NCBI GenBank assembly: GCA_043732185.1
Contig: JAYTHY010000037.1
Coordinates: forward strand, 1-14,392
Direction: 5' to 3'
Length of the DNA: 14,392 bases
DNA from: Fibrobacteria bacterium
GTDB taxonomy: Bacteria; Fibrobacterota; Fibrobacteria; UBA11236
Shown here: positions 1-8,220 of the stretch, in pieces
How the letters are laid out: every line of letters begins with the position of its first letter
Position numbering within the stretch: the first letter of the stretch is position 1
The notes under the pieces: model-generated
What the model saw: the letters and a program-made list of their open reading frames with translations, nothing else
Database searches by the model: none
What the model was told of the DNA's origin: nothing
Position numbers and translations under genes: made by a program

Positions 1-130
1 AAATTTTTAGAATCCATAAAATCAACAAATCCCTTGCCTACATTGGCCTACAGAAGATTTCGGTCGCTATTTCACCCACTCGATCGCCCGAAGAGCCAAT
101 TTTTTATACAGCAGTATTTTTGGGTCTAGC

Positions 131-1453
131 GTGATTCTTTCAGGTAAAGTAACGGATACAACACACCATCCACTAAGTGGTGTTCGCGTGATGCTGAAAA
201 GTTCCGCGCAAGCAGATACAACCGATATAAATGGGGAGTACCAGCTATTTGATAATACGGTTTCTCTTATGGGCAAAAAAACTTCGAGTTATAACGTAAA
301 GATACTTTCTGGTAACGCAGTACTACTATACCTGGACATTCGCCAATTCATTTCTCTTTCAGTTGTAGATCTTTTTGGAAATTCAATTTCATTATTTTCT
401 GACAGAAATCTTGCTGCTGGAATACATCAATTTCAACTTCCAACTGAAAAAATGAGTGGGGGCATTTATTTTTTGAAACTAATGTCGCCTGGGGTTCATG
501 AAATATTTAAAATCACTTTCTTTCCTCACTTCTCCACGGATATTTCCCCGATTGAAAATATTTCTTTTGCAGCAAGAACGGGGATGAAAGCAGCGGATAC
601 CGTGATGTTCACGAAATCGGGTTACATCTCCATTTTTAGAGTGTTCGACAATGCTTACAATACGCTGGACATGCAAATGGCCCCCACTAATTCCTCAGGT
701 GGATCCGATACTCTTGATGTCGTGGAAAACAATAGCATGAACTATCCTTTCATCACCTTTAACCCATTTGATTTTAAACAAATCTTCCGGATAACCAGCC
801 TGCGAAGCTGCGCCGGCCACGATTTTCGACCGATGAATGCATTCTCGGCCGATGAGCCCGCCAGCTCAATGAAGCATTATATTGATCCTTTTCCAGATAT
901 CGTCAGCCACAACTCAAACTCCGAGGTCAAAATATTTGCTCCATTTGACGGTCATATCGCCTGTGTCATTGGTCCCCAGGACGGGTACAGAATTCAACTC
1001 GCACCCGATTCCATTGGCGGTTGGACTTTTGAACTCTATCATGCCGAACTGGCCAGTGGCCTTGCCTCTGGGTCTTCCTTCCATGCCGGAGACTTGATTG
1101 GATTCGCCCACCTGAATGGCCACGCGAATTTTGATGTCGCCGTTCGTGGTTACATCAATGCGCGCAATCATTTTGCCCCTCGTAATAACTTTCATTGCAC
1201 CAGCTTGAGTCCGGATGAAAATGGCAATGGCCCCGGCTATGATCACTATTTAGACATGGCGGGTTATCTCCAATTTTTTGACTCTTTTTTGAATCATATG
1301 GCCCCAAGCGTTACGACTGAGTTTTCTGCTGTCGGGTTAACGGCAAATAAATGCATCATATCAAAAGCGGCGAGAATAGCTATTGGCGCCTGCGATTTTA
1401 CCTTAAATGCATCGCAACTTCCCGCCGACAACTTTTGTGTTTTGGGCCAATAG
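131..1453 (+). CDS. Modular exported-type protein: carboxypeptidase-regulatory-like N-terminal domain, inserted FlgD/T9SS-tail-like Ig domain, C-terminal degenerate peptidase M23-like domain
   Basis: 440 aa ORF. LSGKVTD..PLSGVRV..DTTDINGEY and DTVMFTKSGY resemble a carboxypeptidase-regulatory-like domain. LSVVDLFGN..NLAAGIHQF..MSGGIYFLKL resembles a secretion-tail/FlgD Ig domain. IFAPFDGHI..ELYHAELASGLASGSSFHAGDLIG resembles the M23/hybrid-motif fold. Start uncertain (GTG, no clear SD). Confidence 0.6.
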   Translation: MILSGKVTDTTHHPLSGVRVMLKSSAQADTTDINGEYQLFDNTVSLMGKKTSSYNVKILSGNAVLLYLDIRQFISLSVVDLFGNSISLFSDRNLAAGIHQFQLPTEKMSGGIYFLKLMSPGVHEIFKITFFPHFSTDISPIENISFAARTGMKAADTVMFTKSGYISIFRVFDNAYNTLDMQMAPTNSSGGSDTLDVVENNSMNYPFITFNPFDFKQIFRITSLRSCAGHDFRPMNAFSADEPASSMKHYIDPFPDIVSHNSNSEVKIFAPFDGHIACVIGPQDGYRIQLAPDSIGGWTFELYHAELASGLASGSSFHAGDLIGFAHLNGHANFDVAVRGYINARNHFAPRNNFHCTSLSPDENGNGPGYDHYLDMAGYLQFFDSFLNHMAPSVTTEFSAVGLTANKCIISKAARIAIGACDFTLNASQLPADNFCVLGQ

Positions 1454-1606
1454 CCAGTTTTATGGTCCGTAATTCTCCCTAGTTGCTATTTTTAGAGGAA
1501 TAAATGGGGCATCCATTGCTTTGGCAAGAGGTTTTCCTTGCCCCAGATGCGACTGGATGGTTAAATAGGTGAGGGAAATTAACGTAATTATGCCAAGCGT
1601 CCATCC

Positions 1607-3229
1607 ATGCCTTTAATAGAAGTCATCAACTGCCCGGTTCCACTTAAGACCAACCGCTTTCCACTCAAGGAAGGCGCCAATGTATTGGGCCGTGACAAGG
1701 AATGCGATGTAGAAATCCCGGATCCGCGCATATCGTCCAAACATTGCATCATCATGGTGGAAGGGGACAAGGTCGAATTCATCGATCAAAATTCTACTAA
1801 CGGCATTTTCATGAATGCCCACCGTTCCCGCAAAGGCGTCTGGACTGCAGGAACCACCATTTTCATGGGTAGCACGGAAATGCGCTTAAATGGCGGGACC
1901 ACTCGCATTGAAGGTGTCAAGGCCAGCCCTTCCGCATGGGGCAGTTCAAATATGGAACTCAATAATTCCATGTTCGACTTCAACATCGTACAAGAAAAAA
2001 AAATCGGTGGAGACGCCCTTGAAATAAGCGAAGCGGTCGCGCCCGGAGTTGAGAATTTTGCCAAACGCATGCAGGTGATCAACCGCATGATCAAATCCGT
2101 AACCGCGACCTTGACGATTACGGAACTGCTCGACCGAACCATGACCCTGGTTTTTGAAGCCATCAATTGCAATACGGGTTATATCCTACTTACAGATCCG
2201 ACCAACAATGATGCCGTTGGAGCCCATCTCGCCTATGAGCATGGCCAGCGCAAAGAAAATCTTGATGAAAAGCTCTACAGCCGGACTCTGGTTTCCACCG
2301 TCATTCAGAAAAAATCAGGTTTTATTTTCGACAGCGATGAAAGCGGCGAGCAGGACCAGAGCTTGAGCATTTTCCAGTTGCGGATCAAAACAGCCTTGTG
2401 CTGCCCGATCCATTCTGAAGGCCAAGTCTATGGAGTGCTCTACCTGGATAATAAAAAACGGGGAGCCAAGTTCAATAGCGACGATTTGGACCTCACCATG
2501 AATATTGCCGGTATCGCCGGTGTTGCCATTGAAAACATGCAGCTTTACAAGAAATTGGAAACCGAGTCCCTGATTCGCGATCACTTGAAGCGTTTCTGCT
2601 CGCCCAATATCGCTGAAAAAATCATTGCTGAACGCGGCAATAGCGACTTTCACCTGCAGTCTCAAAAGACACACCTCACCGTTCTCTTCGCCGATATTCG
2701 GGGATTCACACCCTTGTCAGAAGCATTGTCGCCTTTGGCTGTGGCCAAGTTGCTGAACAGCTATTTCTCCGAGATGTGCACGATAGTCTTTGCCAATGGC
2801 GGCACGCTGGACAAGTTTATTGGCGATTGCATGATGGTTTTGTTCAATGCACCCATGCCAGTTGCGGACCATGAATACCTGGCAGTCAAGACCGCTTTGG
2901 AAATGCGCCGACGGCTGCGTGAAATGCTGCCGATTTGGCAGGGCCAGGGCATTCCCGAATTTCAAGTGGGAATCGGAGTGAACACGGGAGAAGCGGTGGT
3001 TGGAAGTATAGGCACCAGTGCGCGCATGGAATATACGGCCATTGGAGATGCGGTTAATATTTCCTCACGAGTTTGCGGCATTGCCAAACCAAATCAAATT
3101 CTGATTACGGAAAGCGTCTTTGAAAAGGTGCATGATCGATTTCGAACCGTAATGCTCGGAGCCACGGCCTTAAAAGGAAAGTCCCGCCAAGTATTGGTTC
3201 ATGAAGTAGTGGACGATTTAGGTAAGTAA
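1607..3229 (+). CDS. Soluble class III adenylate cyclase with N-terminal FHA and central GAF domain
   Basis: FHA motifs LGRD..ISSKH..NSTNG; GAF end LCCPI..VYGVLYLDN..FNSDDL; cyclase motifs LFADIRGFT, DKFIGDC, GIGVNTGEAVVG, EYTAIGDAVNISSR. The Lys and Thr at the substrate-specifying positions favour ATP. No TM segment seen. Confidence 0.93.
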   Translation: MPLIEVINCPVPLKTNRFPLKEGANVLGRDKECDVEIPDPRISSKHCIIMVEGDKVEFIDQNSTNGIFMNAHRSRKGVWTAGTTIFMGSTEMRLNGGTTRIEGVKASPSAWGSSNMELNNSMFDFNIVQEKKIGGDALEISEAVAPGVENFAKRMQVINRMIKSVTATLTITELLDRTMTLVFEAINCNTGYILLTDPTNNDAVGAHLAYEHGQRKENLDEKLYSRTLVSTVIQKKSGFIFDSDESGEQDQSLSIFQLRIKTALCCPIHSEGQVYGVLYLDNKKRGAKFNSDDLDLTMNIAGIAGVAIENMQLYKKLETESLIRDHLKRFCSPNIAEKIIAERGNSDFHLQSQKTHLTVLFADIRGFTPLSEALSPLAVAKLLNSYFSEMCTIVFANGGTLDKFIGDCMMVLFNAPMPVADHEYLAVKTALEMRRRLREMLPIWQGQGIPEFQVGIGVNTGEAVVGSIGTSARMEYTAIGDAVNISSRVCGIAKPNQILITESVFEKVHDRFRTVMLGATALKGKSRQVLVHEVVDDLGK

Positions 3230-3262
3230 TTCCGGATTGGAAAAGACTTCTCGAGGGGATAG

Positions 3263-4099
3263 ATGACATTACATCGCACCCAAATGTTAGTGTCCATAGT
3301 GGCATCGATGGTTCTAGCCAGGTCCGGACACGCATTGCGTGTTTCCAAGGTGGACTTTCCGCGATTTGTGGGTGTGCTTGCATGTGAAGATACAGGTGAA
3401 GCCTGTCCTGGAGCGGATGCGGGATTCGTCATGAACGGACTGGTAGGCGACAGCGCATTCAGCGAGCCGTCTTCTCCCGACCTTGCCAAAGGAAATAAAG
3501 TTGTGATCGGTTTCTTGGAAGGAAAGCCCTTTAGTTGGAATCGGTATGCCATTGACTTCCCCAACCAGAGGACCAAATGGATTGTGCTCAATGAATTGAC
3601 CTTGGGCGAAGGCAACCGTGCCTTCTTAACAGCCTGGAAAACAATTGGCGACAGTCTAGAATTCCTTAAAGCGATCCCCCGTTACTTTTCCCTGGACTTG
3701 GGGGAATTGTTCGTTCAAGCGAAAACCACCATGTCTGATGGTTCTCTTCTTTTAATTCTAAAGGGCGAAGGCTCCGATGCCGGTGTCAATGTGCAGGATT
3801 TTCGAGTGGTGCGCTTAAAATCAACAGGTCTTACGGCAACTCAAGTGGCTAAACGATACAACCGAAGCGAAATTCCCCTTCAGAAAATTCTCGACAAGCT
3901 AAACTCGGATGAACAAGTTGAACCGGTCCTGGATTCTTCCTTGATTTGCGATTGGAAGCCAAGCCGAAAAGCACCATCGGGGGCTCCTTGGCTGCGATGC
4001 AGGCTTTCCCGCCATCGGGTCTTGTACACAAAAGATGGGCCACAAGAAACTCCAGTCAGTACGGATTCCGTGCTGGTGGATGTGTTGAAGGGCAATTAG
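3263..4099 (+). CDS. Hypothetical secreted protein
   Basis: 278 aa ORF with GAGGGG SD-like sequence upstream and a signal-peptide-like N-terminus (MTLHRTQMLVSIVASMVLARSGHA). No family recognised. Confidence 0.7.
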   Translation: MTLHRTQMLVSIVASMVLARSGHALRVSKVDFPRFVGVLACEDTGEACPGADAGFVMNGLVGDSAFSEPSSPDLAKGNKVVIGFLEGKPFSWNRYAIDFPNQRTKWIVLNELTLGEGNRAFLTAWKTIGDSLEFLKAIPRYFSLDLGELFVQAKTTMSDGSLLLILKGEGSDAGVNVQDFRVVRLKSTGLTATQVAKRYNRSEIPLQKILDKLNSDEQVEPVLDSSLICDWKPSRKAPSGAPWLRCRLSRHRVLYTKDGPQETPVSTDSVLVDVLKGN

Positions 4100-5487
4100 T
4101 GCCCAATCGCGAATCGCAGAAATTGCAAATTGAAAAGGCAGGCATGGAAGCCCTGCTTACCTTAGTTCCCATATTCAAGGAGATCGGTGGCCATCATGTC
4201 GCTTCGCTGGCGGAACTTGAAGTATGGATCCGAGAGCAAGGCATTCAATCCGATCTCGACCTATCCGCCATCCATGGGGCTATTGAAAAGGCCTCTGAGG
4301 GCCTTACCGCCGATGCCGTAATATCGCGTGGTCTGCCTCCACAAACTGGAAATGATGGCTATATCGAATACCTGATTGACTTTGGACAGGCCATGGCACC
4401 CACCGTTTCTGATGTAGGCACCATCGATTTGCGGGCTTCATTGATTCGGTATATTCAACCAGGAGAACCACTAGCCATCATCCATCCTCCCGAAACAGGA
4501 AATCCTGGCCTCGACGTATTTGGCAAGCCTGTGCCTGCACTGCCGGGTAAAGTTTTTATGCCTAAGCTCGGTGTCAACGTGCAAAAGTCCGCCAATGATT
4601 CAAACTTGATTCTAGCTATATCCGGCGGCCATGCCAGACTGATCGATGGACTCTTAGAGATTCAAGATTTTTACCAGGTTGCTGGCGATGTTGATTACGG
4701 CACGGGAAATGTCAATTTTGGAAAATCCGTTTTGATCAAAGGCGACGTCAAGTCCGGGTTTTCCGTGGATTCCGGGGGCGATCTGGAAATTCTGGGATTG
4801 GTCGAGGATTGCCAAGTGACATCCCTAGGGAAGATTTTTATCAAAGGAGGATTCACAGGTCAAGGCAAGGGTGTAATGCAAGCTCGAGGAGATATCAGCC
4901 TTGGATATGTGAGAAATCAACATGTCAAAAGTGAACGGACGATCCTCATCTATAAGGAATCGCTCAACAGCAAATTACAAGCGCGGCACTCCGTCGCCAT
5001 AAACGGACTGGTTGCGGGAGGTAAAGTGCAAGCCCGCTATGCCATTGAATGTCAGATAGCGGGAAGCGATACCGGCACCCCGACGGAACTTGAGGCCGGT
5101 TTCGATTTTTCTACGGAAGAGGAGATGGCCGGTATCCGTTTGGAAATGGAAAAAATGGGAAATTTTAACCGTAAGCTGGGCGAGTCACTACGACACATTC
5201 AGGATTTGGAAAAACTGAATCGCGGATTAGATTCCCGCAACATTGAGCTCATGTTTGAAATGGAAGGGTATAGGCTTAAGGTGGAAGCCAAGACCAAAAA
5301 TTTGCAGGAACGCTTTTCATTTTTGGAAAATTTGGAATCCAATTTGGAATCAGCCTCTGTCACCATTCATCGCATGGTCTTTCCCGGAGTCGTGGTCAAA
5401 ATCGGAAAAGAGAAATTTCAGGTAGTGGAATCCATGTCTGGCCCTAGCACTTTTTTCGTTAAAAATGGTGAGATCGTATTTCGTTAG
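4099..5487 (+). CDS. FapA family (DUF342) protein, about 462 aa
   Basis: Motifs GLPPQTGNDGYIEY, GTIDLR, PPETGNPGLDVFGKPVPA, VAGDVDYGTGNVNFG..IKGDVKSGF, GTPTELEAG, a coiled coil and VFPGVVVKIG. The likely start is GTG 4099, overlapping the upstream stop (TAGTG), rather than 3946. Confidence 0.88.
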   Translation: MPNRESQKLQIEKAGMEALLTLVPIFKEIGGHHVASLAELEVWIREQGIQSDLDLSAIHGAIEKASEGLTADAVISRGLPPQTGNDGYIEYLIDFGQAMAPTVSDVGTIDLRASLIRYIQPGEPLAIIHPPETGNPGLDVFGKPVPALPGKVFMPKLGVNVQKSANDSNLILAISGGHARLIDGLLEIQDFYQVAGDVDYGTGNVNFGKSVLIKGDVKSGFSVDSGGDLEILGLVEDCQVTSLGKIFIKGGFTGQGKGVMQARGDISLGYVRNQHVKSERTILIYKESLNSKLQARHSVAINGLVAGGKVQARYAIECQIAGSDTGTPTELEAGFDFSTEEEMAGIRLEMEKMGNFNRKLGESLRHIQDLEKLNRGLDSRNIELMFEMEGYRLKVEAKTKNLQERFSFLENLESNLESASVTIHRMVFPGVVVKIGKEKFQVVESMSGPSTFFVKNGEIVFR

Positions 5488-5497
5488 CAGAGGACTT

Positions 5498-6703
5498 ATG
5501 AAAAACCATTCCGCCGATACCACTGATTCCCGCCGCGAAAGAGAACTCATGGTAGCTTTAGGTGAATTGAAAGCCCTCGATGAATCCGGCTATTTTTCCG
5601 GGCTGGTTCAATCTGTTCTACCTGGAAAAGACCATAGGAGCCAAATTCAAATACAGGAGTGGATTCAGCGGGCAGCCCCGTTCATACGCAAGGCTTCTCA
5701 ATTTAATCCGTTGGACACACCCTCCACTCCGGCCTTGGAACAGTTCATGTCCCAACTTGCCGTTCAAGAACGCACGAAAATTTATAAAACGGAGAATGAA
5801 GAAAAATTTCTCGCCGCCGTATGGCAAGTACGCATTCTGTTTGGAAAAATCGCCCGCCGCGAAATATCCAGCAATGCCGTCATTCGTTCCATCGTCGGAT
5901 CTTTTATGGACACGTTCATGAAAGACAGAAACTTGATTTTGAATTTTGTCATGTCCCCGCATAACGAAGAAGATTACCTTTACGATCATTCTCTAAAACT
6001 TTGTTTGGTATCACTATCCATAGCGTCGGCCATGGGATATTCCCGCGCTCAATCCTTGGAAGTTGCCCAAGGCGCGCTGCTCTCCGATGTTGGCATGATG
6101 CTTGTTCCCGAGAGCATCCGGTTTAAACGCGGAAAATTAGCCGAGGATGAATTGTTCGAAGTTAAAAAGCATCCCAAGTTGAGCCTGACATTACTCGAAC
6201 ACGTGCACGGATTGTCCGAAGCCAGTCTCATCATTCCGTATCAACATCATGAGCGCCTGACCGGCAGCGGCTATCCGGATAAACGAGCCGGCAATACCTT
6301 GAACAAGTTTTCTCGGATTGTGGCTATCGCCGATGTTTTTACGGCCCTCATCAGCACCCGCAGCTATCGGGAATCGTTACTCCCTTATCAAGCCATGGTC
6401 TCACTCTTGGCCATGTGCGGCAAAGGACTTTTGGACGGCGACCAGGTCAAATACCTATTGCGCGCCATGTCGATTTTTCCGCTGGGATCTTTGGTGCGCT
6501 TGTCCAATGGACGCATCGGTAAGGTGGTTGCCCCCAATTCCGCAGAATTTACCAAGCCGTTGGTATCCGTTTTAACCACGGAGATGGGCGCCCCACTCCA
6601 GGAATCGGACATTTTCCAAATCGACTTGGCCCAATCCGATGAAAAAATCATAGAAGCCTTGCCTGGACAAGCCATTCGTCACTCAATTCTGGATGGTTTT
6701 TAG
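5498..6703 (+). CDS. HD-GYP domain protein (c-di-GMP phosphodiesterase family) with degenerate HD motif (SD)
   Basis: YLYDHS, GALLSDVG, KKHP, QHHERLTGSGYP, AIADVFTAL, RSYR and the C-terminal FPLGSLVRLSNGRIGKVV extension. AGAGGA SD precedes ATG 5498. Confidence 0.9.
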   Translation: MKNHSADTTDSRRERELMVALGELKALDESGYFSGLVQSVLPGKDHRSQIQIQEWIQRAAPFIRKASQFNPLDTPSTPALEQFMSQLAVQERTKIYKTENEEKFLAAVWQVRILFGKIARREISSNAVIRSIVGSFMDTFMKDRNLILNFVMSPHNEEDYLYDHSLKLCLVSLSIASAMGYSRAQSLEVAQGALLSDVGMMLVPESIRFKRGKLAEDELFEVKKHPKLSLTLLEHVHGLSEASLIIPYQHHERLTGSGYPDKRAGNTLNKFSRIVAIADVFTALISTRSYRESLLPYQAMVSLLAMCGKGLLDGDQVKYLLRAMSIFPLGSLVRLSNGRIGKVVAPNSAEFTKPLVSVLTTEMGAPLQESDIFQIDLAQSDEKIIEALPGQAIRHSILDGF

Positions 6704-6720
6704 ATATCTTTTATGGATTC

Positions 6721-7476
6721 ATGGAATCCGCCAACGAGACAACAACCCTCCACAAAGACCGAGCCCACATTCTCACGGCAATTGTCACCGCTTTTTTGTG
6801 CGTAGCATTTTTGATTTTGAGCGGTTGCATGGTAAAGGACAAGAGTGGAAATGGACTGCGTAGCGGAGACTTAACGCCGCCATGGGATTCAACGCATTTC
6901 AATCCACAAAGCCTGGAAGGCTATGTCTATCTCGGTCCGGAAAGCACTTTTGCAGTGTTTGGTAAAATCGCCAAGCTTGATAGCCTGTGCGGGCACCGCG
7001 GGGAATGGAAGGTTGACCCCAAAGCCATGGACACACTGAGGATTAATCAGCTGTATGATACGGGTTTCATTTTTCCGGAAAATCCTGAAGCCACCATGGC
7101 CTATGGCTTTGATGATACTTTTCGCGATGACACTTTATATCGAAGGGCTTATGGAAATGGTCTATTCACTCAAGACAATCCTTGTGCTACGACAACGATT
7201 CTCTCCGGAGAGTTTTTACACCCTGCAAAATGGCTACGCGCCGGCCTAACTAAAAATGAAGTGATCCAGGCGATGGGTACACCGTTATACAATCAAACAG
7301 GAGTGCTTCGCTATTTTGCCAGACATAAAAACGCGGTGGCCCCCTCGCCTTCCCAAGATAGCGTCCCCAATTCGAGTGGCAGCGCCTCCTTTGATGTTTT
7401 TGAAGGCGCAAACCTCTATTTCCAGGGCGATAGCCTTTTTGCGGCTATGCTGCAAAAGTCCCAGCCTTGCCACTAA
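6721..7476 (+). CDS. Putative lipoprotein with C-terminal SmpA/BamE-like motif
   Basis: Hydrophobic stretch ending in lipobox LSG-C (Cys36); LRAGLTKNEVIQAMGTP near the C-terminus. Confidence 0.7.
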   Translation: MESANETTTLHKDRAHILTAIVTAFLCVAFLILSGCMVKDKSGNGLRSGDLTPPWDSTHFNPQSLEGYVYLGPESTFAVFGKIAKLDSLCGHRGEWKVDPKAMDTLRINQLYDTGFIFPENPEATMAYGFDDTFRDDTLYRRAYGNGLFTQDNPCATTTILSGEFLHPAKWLRAGLTKNEVIQAMGTPLYNQTGVLRYFARHKNAVAPSPSQDSVPNSSGSASFDVFEGANLYFQGDSLFAAMLQKSQPCH

Positions 7477-7646
7477 TTTTAGAACCTTGACCCAGGTTTG
7501 CATAACTTTAGATCTGCCTGCAATAAAAGATCGCATGGGCATCGGAAACTCTCAAGCATTTTAGACCTTGGACCGAAATCTACTTTAGCACCATACCGTA
7601 CAGCTAATCCATTGCGTACCTAGCAAGCCATTCTTTTGGAGGATCC

Positions 7647-8207
7647 ATGTCGACCCTGCAAGCCTACCCTAAATCGGAAACCAACGTATTCGATATCCCC
7701 AGGCCTTCCTTAGACGCTCTCCTTCACCGACTCTCCTCATCCATCACACGCGCCACCTCAGAAACCGCCAATGCTTTTTTTTACGCAATGACTGCTGATA
7801 CAGCCAAGCTGCCAAAGCCTCTGAAAGTTCCGATTGAAATGGGGTCGCTCTCTTGTTCACAAAAAAATATTGGCGACAAATACGAAATGATTTGCAATCT
7901 AGAAGTTGGGAAAACAGATTGGAATCTGTTTTTTAACTCAGGAGAATCTGACCGATTCACTCAGGATACTTTTTGTGAAATGGCCAATTGCATTTGCGGT
8001 ACGCTGCTATCCGACCCAGGTTTCTCGGATGAATTTGGATACATGATTCCCTGCGTCCCTTGGTCACTGCGCGCCCAGCCACAATCGGATGCCAGCACAT
8101 TGCGGGGCGCGTTCCGGCTGGGAGGAATATTGGTTTACTTTTCTATTTCCGTGCAGCACGCGTCTTGTGTACTCAATCAAACCGACCCGCAGAAAGTCGC
8201 CGCGTAG
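7647..8207 (+). CDS. CheX/CheC-family-like phosphatase
   Basis: GGAGG SD upstream. DTFCEMANCICG...IPCVP fits the D/S-x3-E-x2-N-(x~22)-P signature. Confidence 0.65.
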   Translation: MSTLQAYPKSETNVFDIPRPSLDALLHRLSSSITRATSETANAFFYAMTADTAKLPKPLKVPIEMGSLSCSQKNIGDKYEMICNLEVGKTDWNLFFNSGESDRFTQDTFCEMANCICGTLLSDPGFSDEFGYMIPCVPWSLRAQPQSDASTLRGAFRLGGILVYFSISVQHASCVLNQTDPQKVAA

Positions 8208-8220
8208 GCTATATTCCACA

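Noticed and set aside
34..52. Short tandem TTGCCTACA/TTGGCCTACA
   Set aside because: Too short to distinguish from chance, and upstream context is missing.
1454..1606. c-di-GMP riboswitch in the cyclase leader
   Set aside because: No GEMM-like consensus recognised.
3946..4098. 51-aa N-terminal extension of FapA-1 in the ORF track
   Set aside because: Overlaps the upstream gene by about 150 nt and has no FapA-like content; GTG 4099 fits better.
5465..5497. Earlier ATG start for the HD-GYP gene
   Set aside because: Lies inside FapA-1; ATG 5498 has a well-placed SD.
7477..7646. Sigma-28 promoter or intrinsic terminator
   Set aside because: No TAAA-N15-GCCGATAA match; the AACCT/AGGTT stem is too weak.
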